A stretch of DNA of 64,000 nucleotides from Paragordius varius. Taxonomy: Eukaryota; Animalia; Nematomorpha. Each line of letters starts with the position of its first letter. Position 1 is the stretch's first letter. The DNA lies in contig OZ176053.1 in the NCBI GenBank assembly GCA_964247055.1, positions 12,276,001 to 12,340,000 on the forward strand, in the 5' to 3' direction. The position numbers and the translations under genes are program-made. The notes below the pieces were generated by a model. The model saw only the letters and a program-made list of their open reading frames with translations. It was not told where the DNA came from and searched no databases. Below are positions 60,701-64,000 of the stretch, piece by piece.

Positions 60701-61914
60701 TCAATATTGAGTGTTTGATCCAGGCTGGTCATCATCAATTCTTACCTGGAAATAAAGGGTAGATTTTTTAAAAATTTAAACAACTTCAAATGTAAAATTA
60801 TTTCAAAGGCGAGAAATATTATATAAGAGATGATCTATAAACTAGTTTTGTAATTTTAACAAATAAATATGTAATAAAAAAAGAAATAAAACTTTTATCA
60901 ATATACCACAAATATAATATGTATCAATTTTAATTCAATATATATTTTGGCGTTTTTTTCTAGCAAGGTCACACCAGTTTATAATAGGCGTTATTAACAT
61001 ATAAAATGGAATAAAAATTTATATTGAAAGCATTTTTAGTAAAAGCATAACCATTGGTGGCTTTTCAGAAAAGTATTTAATGGATTTCGGTTCCAATTTT
61101 TAATTTTTAATACTATGATAAGCATCATTTTACACATGTTCTTTTTGATATAAAAGTTTGGAAATTAGCAAAAATAATTCTTAAATTAGTTACGGATAAT
61201 TCTTATTTCATGGGCGGAACTGAAATACCATTTGAACAGACATAACAAAATTTAAATTTGCGAAAATAGATTTGTATTATAAAAATAATTTTTAATAATT
61301 TCTTATATTTTATTTAAGAGAATTGCTTTTTAATGATATGATGCCTAATATGTTGTTGTTAAATGAAAAGTTTGGTTTTATATGAATAGAAAACATTACT
61401 TGTTTAAAAATCTATAAGTTATAAAAAAAGTTGGTCTTTGACTGGAAATAATATTGTAAATAAATAACTTAAAAAAAATAAATTAATCTGACAGATAGCC
61501 GTCAACTAAAACATGTTGCTTCAAAAAAGATTACAATTTTTATAATAATGTTGTTTTTAACCGAAAAAAAAACTGAACAAAAGTTACTTATAGACGAAAG
61601 AGAACTTCTTAATTATAAACGAAATAGCAAACAAATCTTTACCCATAGAATATAAACAATTTTTTAGCTATGGACTTACTTCAGGTTGCGTAGATGTATC
61701 AGGACCAGGTAAGGGAGCAATGTCTCTCATTTCGGCCAAATTCTCATCGGTTTGAAGGGGGATTTGGGCACGTGAGCTGGCTTTTGCTGTCATCCATTCT
61801 TTAATGGCTACTGGGACCTGGGTAATAAAAATTATTTGAACAAAAAAAACTATATTTTAATTTTATTTTTTATGTTTGACAAAGATTACTTACTTGTAGT
61901 AATCGAAATATCAT
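60701..61914 (-). CDS. Unidentified spliced gene (short ORF or 3' end of a larger gene)
   Basis: Exons 61914-61894, 61817-61680 and 60745-60701 have GT-AG boundaries (GTAAGT donors) and read MIFRLLQ|VPVAIKEWMTAKASSRAQIPLQTDENLAEMRDIAPLPGPDTSTQPE|VRIDDDQPGSNTQY*. The middle exon is GC-richer than its flanks. The 5' structure is unresolved. Confidence 0.5.
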
Positions 61915-64000
61915 ATAATAAATTTATATAATTTTAGCTGAATTATTGCATATATAATAAACATTATTGCTAAATGTTTACCAATTCTCAACTCTGTTTT
62001 GGTACCAAAAAACAAGGTTTATTTTTTATTACATTTGTTTTTACATTTTTAGACCAAATGTTAAAATTTTATATATTACTATAAGCTTTTAATAAAGTAT
62101 ATTTTTACAAATTTAATGTATGTGGACAATTTGTTTAACTATTTTTTAATAAAAAAATATAAAACTATCTGCTGTTATCTAAATGAAATTTCTAAATTAA
62201 GCATAAAAAATATATCACTGTTCGTTTTTCTTGGAAAAAGTGTTAAATTATTATGGCAAAATGGTTAATAGTGTAAAGCCGGGACGTTCAACGCTCGGCC
62301 CTCCAAAATATGCGCGGCGCGCGAAATATATAGAAATCCATAATTTGCAAAAAATTGTCACAGAATTTGATAAATTAACATTACTTAAACAAATTTTCTA
62401 TGAATTATTAAAAAAACAATGTTATATTTTGTTTGCATTTACAGTCTTATGTTTTGAAGTTAATCAAATAAATATTAATGCCCATATTTATTTCGAACGC
62501 GACACGTCGTATTTTTGAGTTGAAATTAGGGTTCGCGAAACTATTTGTGTTAAGCACTCAAAATATTAATGTTTAATATGAGAAAACATTAATATCAAAG
62601 GATTTTTGACAAATAAGAAAAAATATTTACATGTTTATTGACTTCATCTCGATCACAAATGCGGAAAGGGCAATCCCGACCCACAATACCGATCTGACAA
62701 TTCTAAAAAATGGGTAATAAAATACATTTGCAATATTGATGGTGTTTATTTAAACCAAAAAATTATTTTTTATAATTTTATAAATAATTTAATAATCTAA
62801 CATATCCATAAGAATTAATAATAACACTGGACAACAAATTTTTCTGCCACTCGAGTTTTATAAATTTTCTGATATTTAGTATCATTTTAACAGTAAATCT
62901 GAAATAAATATTATAACTCGTTGGAAGAATTTTGTATTATTTCATTTTTTTGATTATGCGCCCTCTTTATCAAAATTTTACTAAAAAAATATTTTTCTTT
63001 GAAAATATACAAGTAATGGCCATTTGTAATATATCATTCGAAAGAGTAATAAAAACTCTATAAAATTCATACTAATATGTATTACATCGACAGTTAACAT
63101 TGGACACAAAGAGCGACAGACGCGCGAAGCGAGAGCATTTTTTTTAATTATTATATTTTTAAAACTAATGGATGAAAATAGCTCAAACTTTGTTTAGATG
63201 GTGATGAATGTCCAAAAAAGATAACACAAGAAAGTTTTTTTGATTAAAACATTTTTTTATTGCTTTTATGTCACTCAAAACAACCATTTTTAAGTTTTTT
63301 GTTTTTTTAAAAATTACCATCTCATAAATATTAATTTATTTTCTTTATATGGCTGATAATTTCGAAATTTTAAAGATATAAATAAAGTTTAAGGTATTTT
63401 TGATCTTTTATAGCCATTATGTAATAAATTTACAGTTATAACTATGCATTTTAGTATCCACTAGGTAAAATATTTATGATAATAATAATTTTTATTAAAA
63501 AAGCAAACCAAAAGCTTTTTCAAACATTTTTTTAAAATCAAATATTAATATAACCCTAATAATTATATTAAAATAATTTATATGATTTTCAAATTAGTTT
63601 GTCTGTGAAAATTCTTGACTTATTTATGGATTGAAAATTTCGACCATTTAAATCCAAATAACTTTTACATCCGATTGATTTAAATTACTTCCTACCATTT
63701 AAAAGATGCAGTTTTTTGCGCTCTTTCGAATGATATAAAATACATGGCTTCATATCTAAAACTTTTAATTTTCGAAATTTCGAATTTAATGTTAAATCGG
63801 GGCCAAAAATTATCGATAAACTCTAATATAAAAAAATTCTTCCATGCTAGACCAATTTTCTTTTCAGATATACTAATTATGTACTTTAATGAAATAAATT
63901 TTAAATTTACAAGAATGGCAGTTAAAAAAAGTTAAAATTTGTTGTCTAGTGTAATATATTCCACTATATTCAAAAGTAAATTCCAAAAAAATTAAAAAAT

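Overview
This is very AT-rich animal (invertebrate) genomic DNA with spliceosomal genes. It is not prokaryotic, so most entries in the ORF track are single exons, antisense shadows or transposon debris. Four genes can be assembled exon by exon in one consistent frame: a 5'-truncated liprin-alpha (+, 1045-13581), a divergent LARP4-like La-module protein (+, about 15966-23637, about 1570 aa), a Musashi-family two-RRM protein with a very long low-complexity tail (-, 40284-33770, about 930 aa), and MYRF (-, 59023-49124, about 1600 aa). Two small unidentified spliced genes are also likely. Intergenic DNA holds a TIR/TSD-bounded hAT element, hAT and mariner remnants, a LINE 3' fragment, two tRNA-derived SINE copies, MITE-like foldbacks and a tandem array of about 165/325 bp. 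The main unexpected result is a class of ultra-short GT-AG introns (23, 25, 26, 28, 29, 32 and 36 nt). Six must be removed to rebuild conserved domains; the 25-nt one depends on the start codon. They coexist with a second class of about 63-99 nt and with long introns, and none of the introns I modelled fell between 37 and 62 nt. The second notable result is a hAT element whose right half is an inverted, deleted copy of a related transposase, which could form a silencing hairpin. All gene models and family names come from manual reading and recalled family motifs; no searches or RNA data were available.
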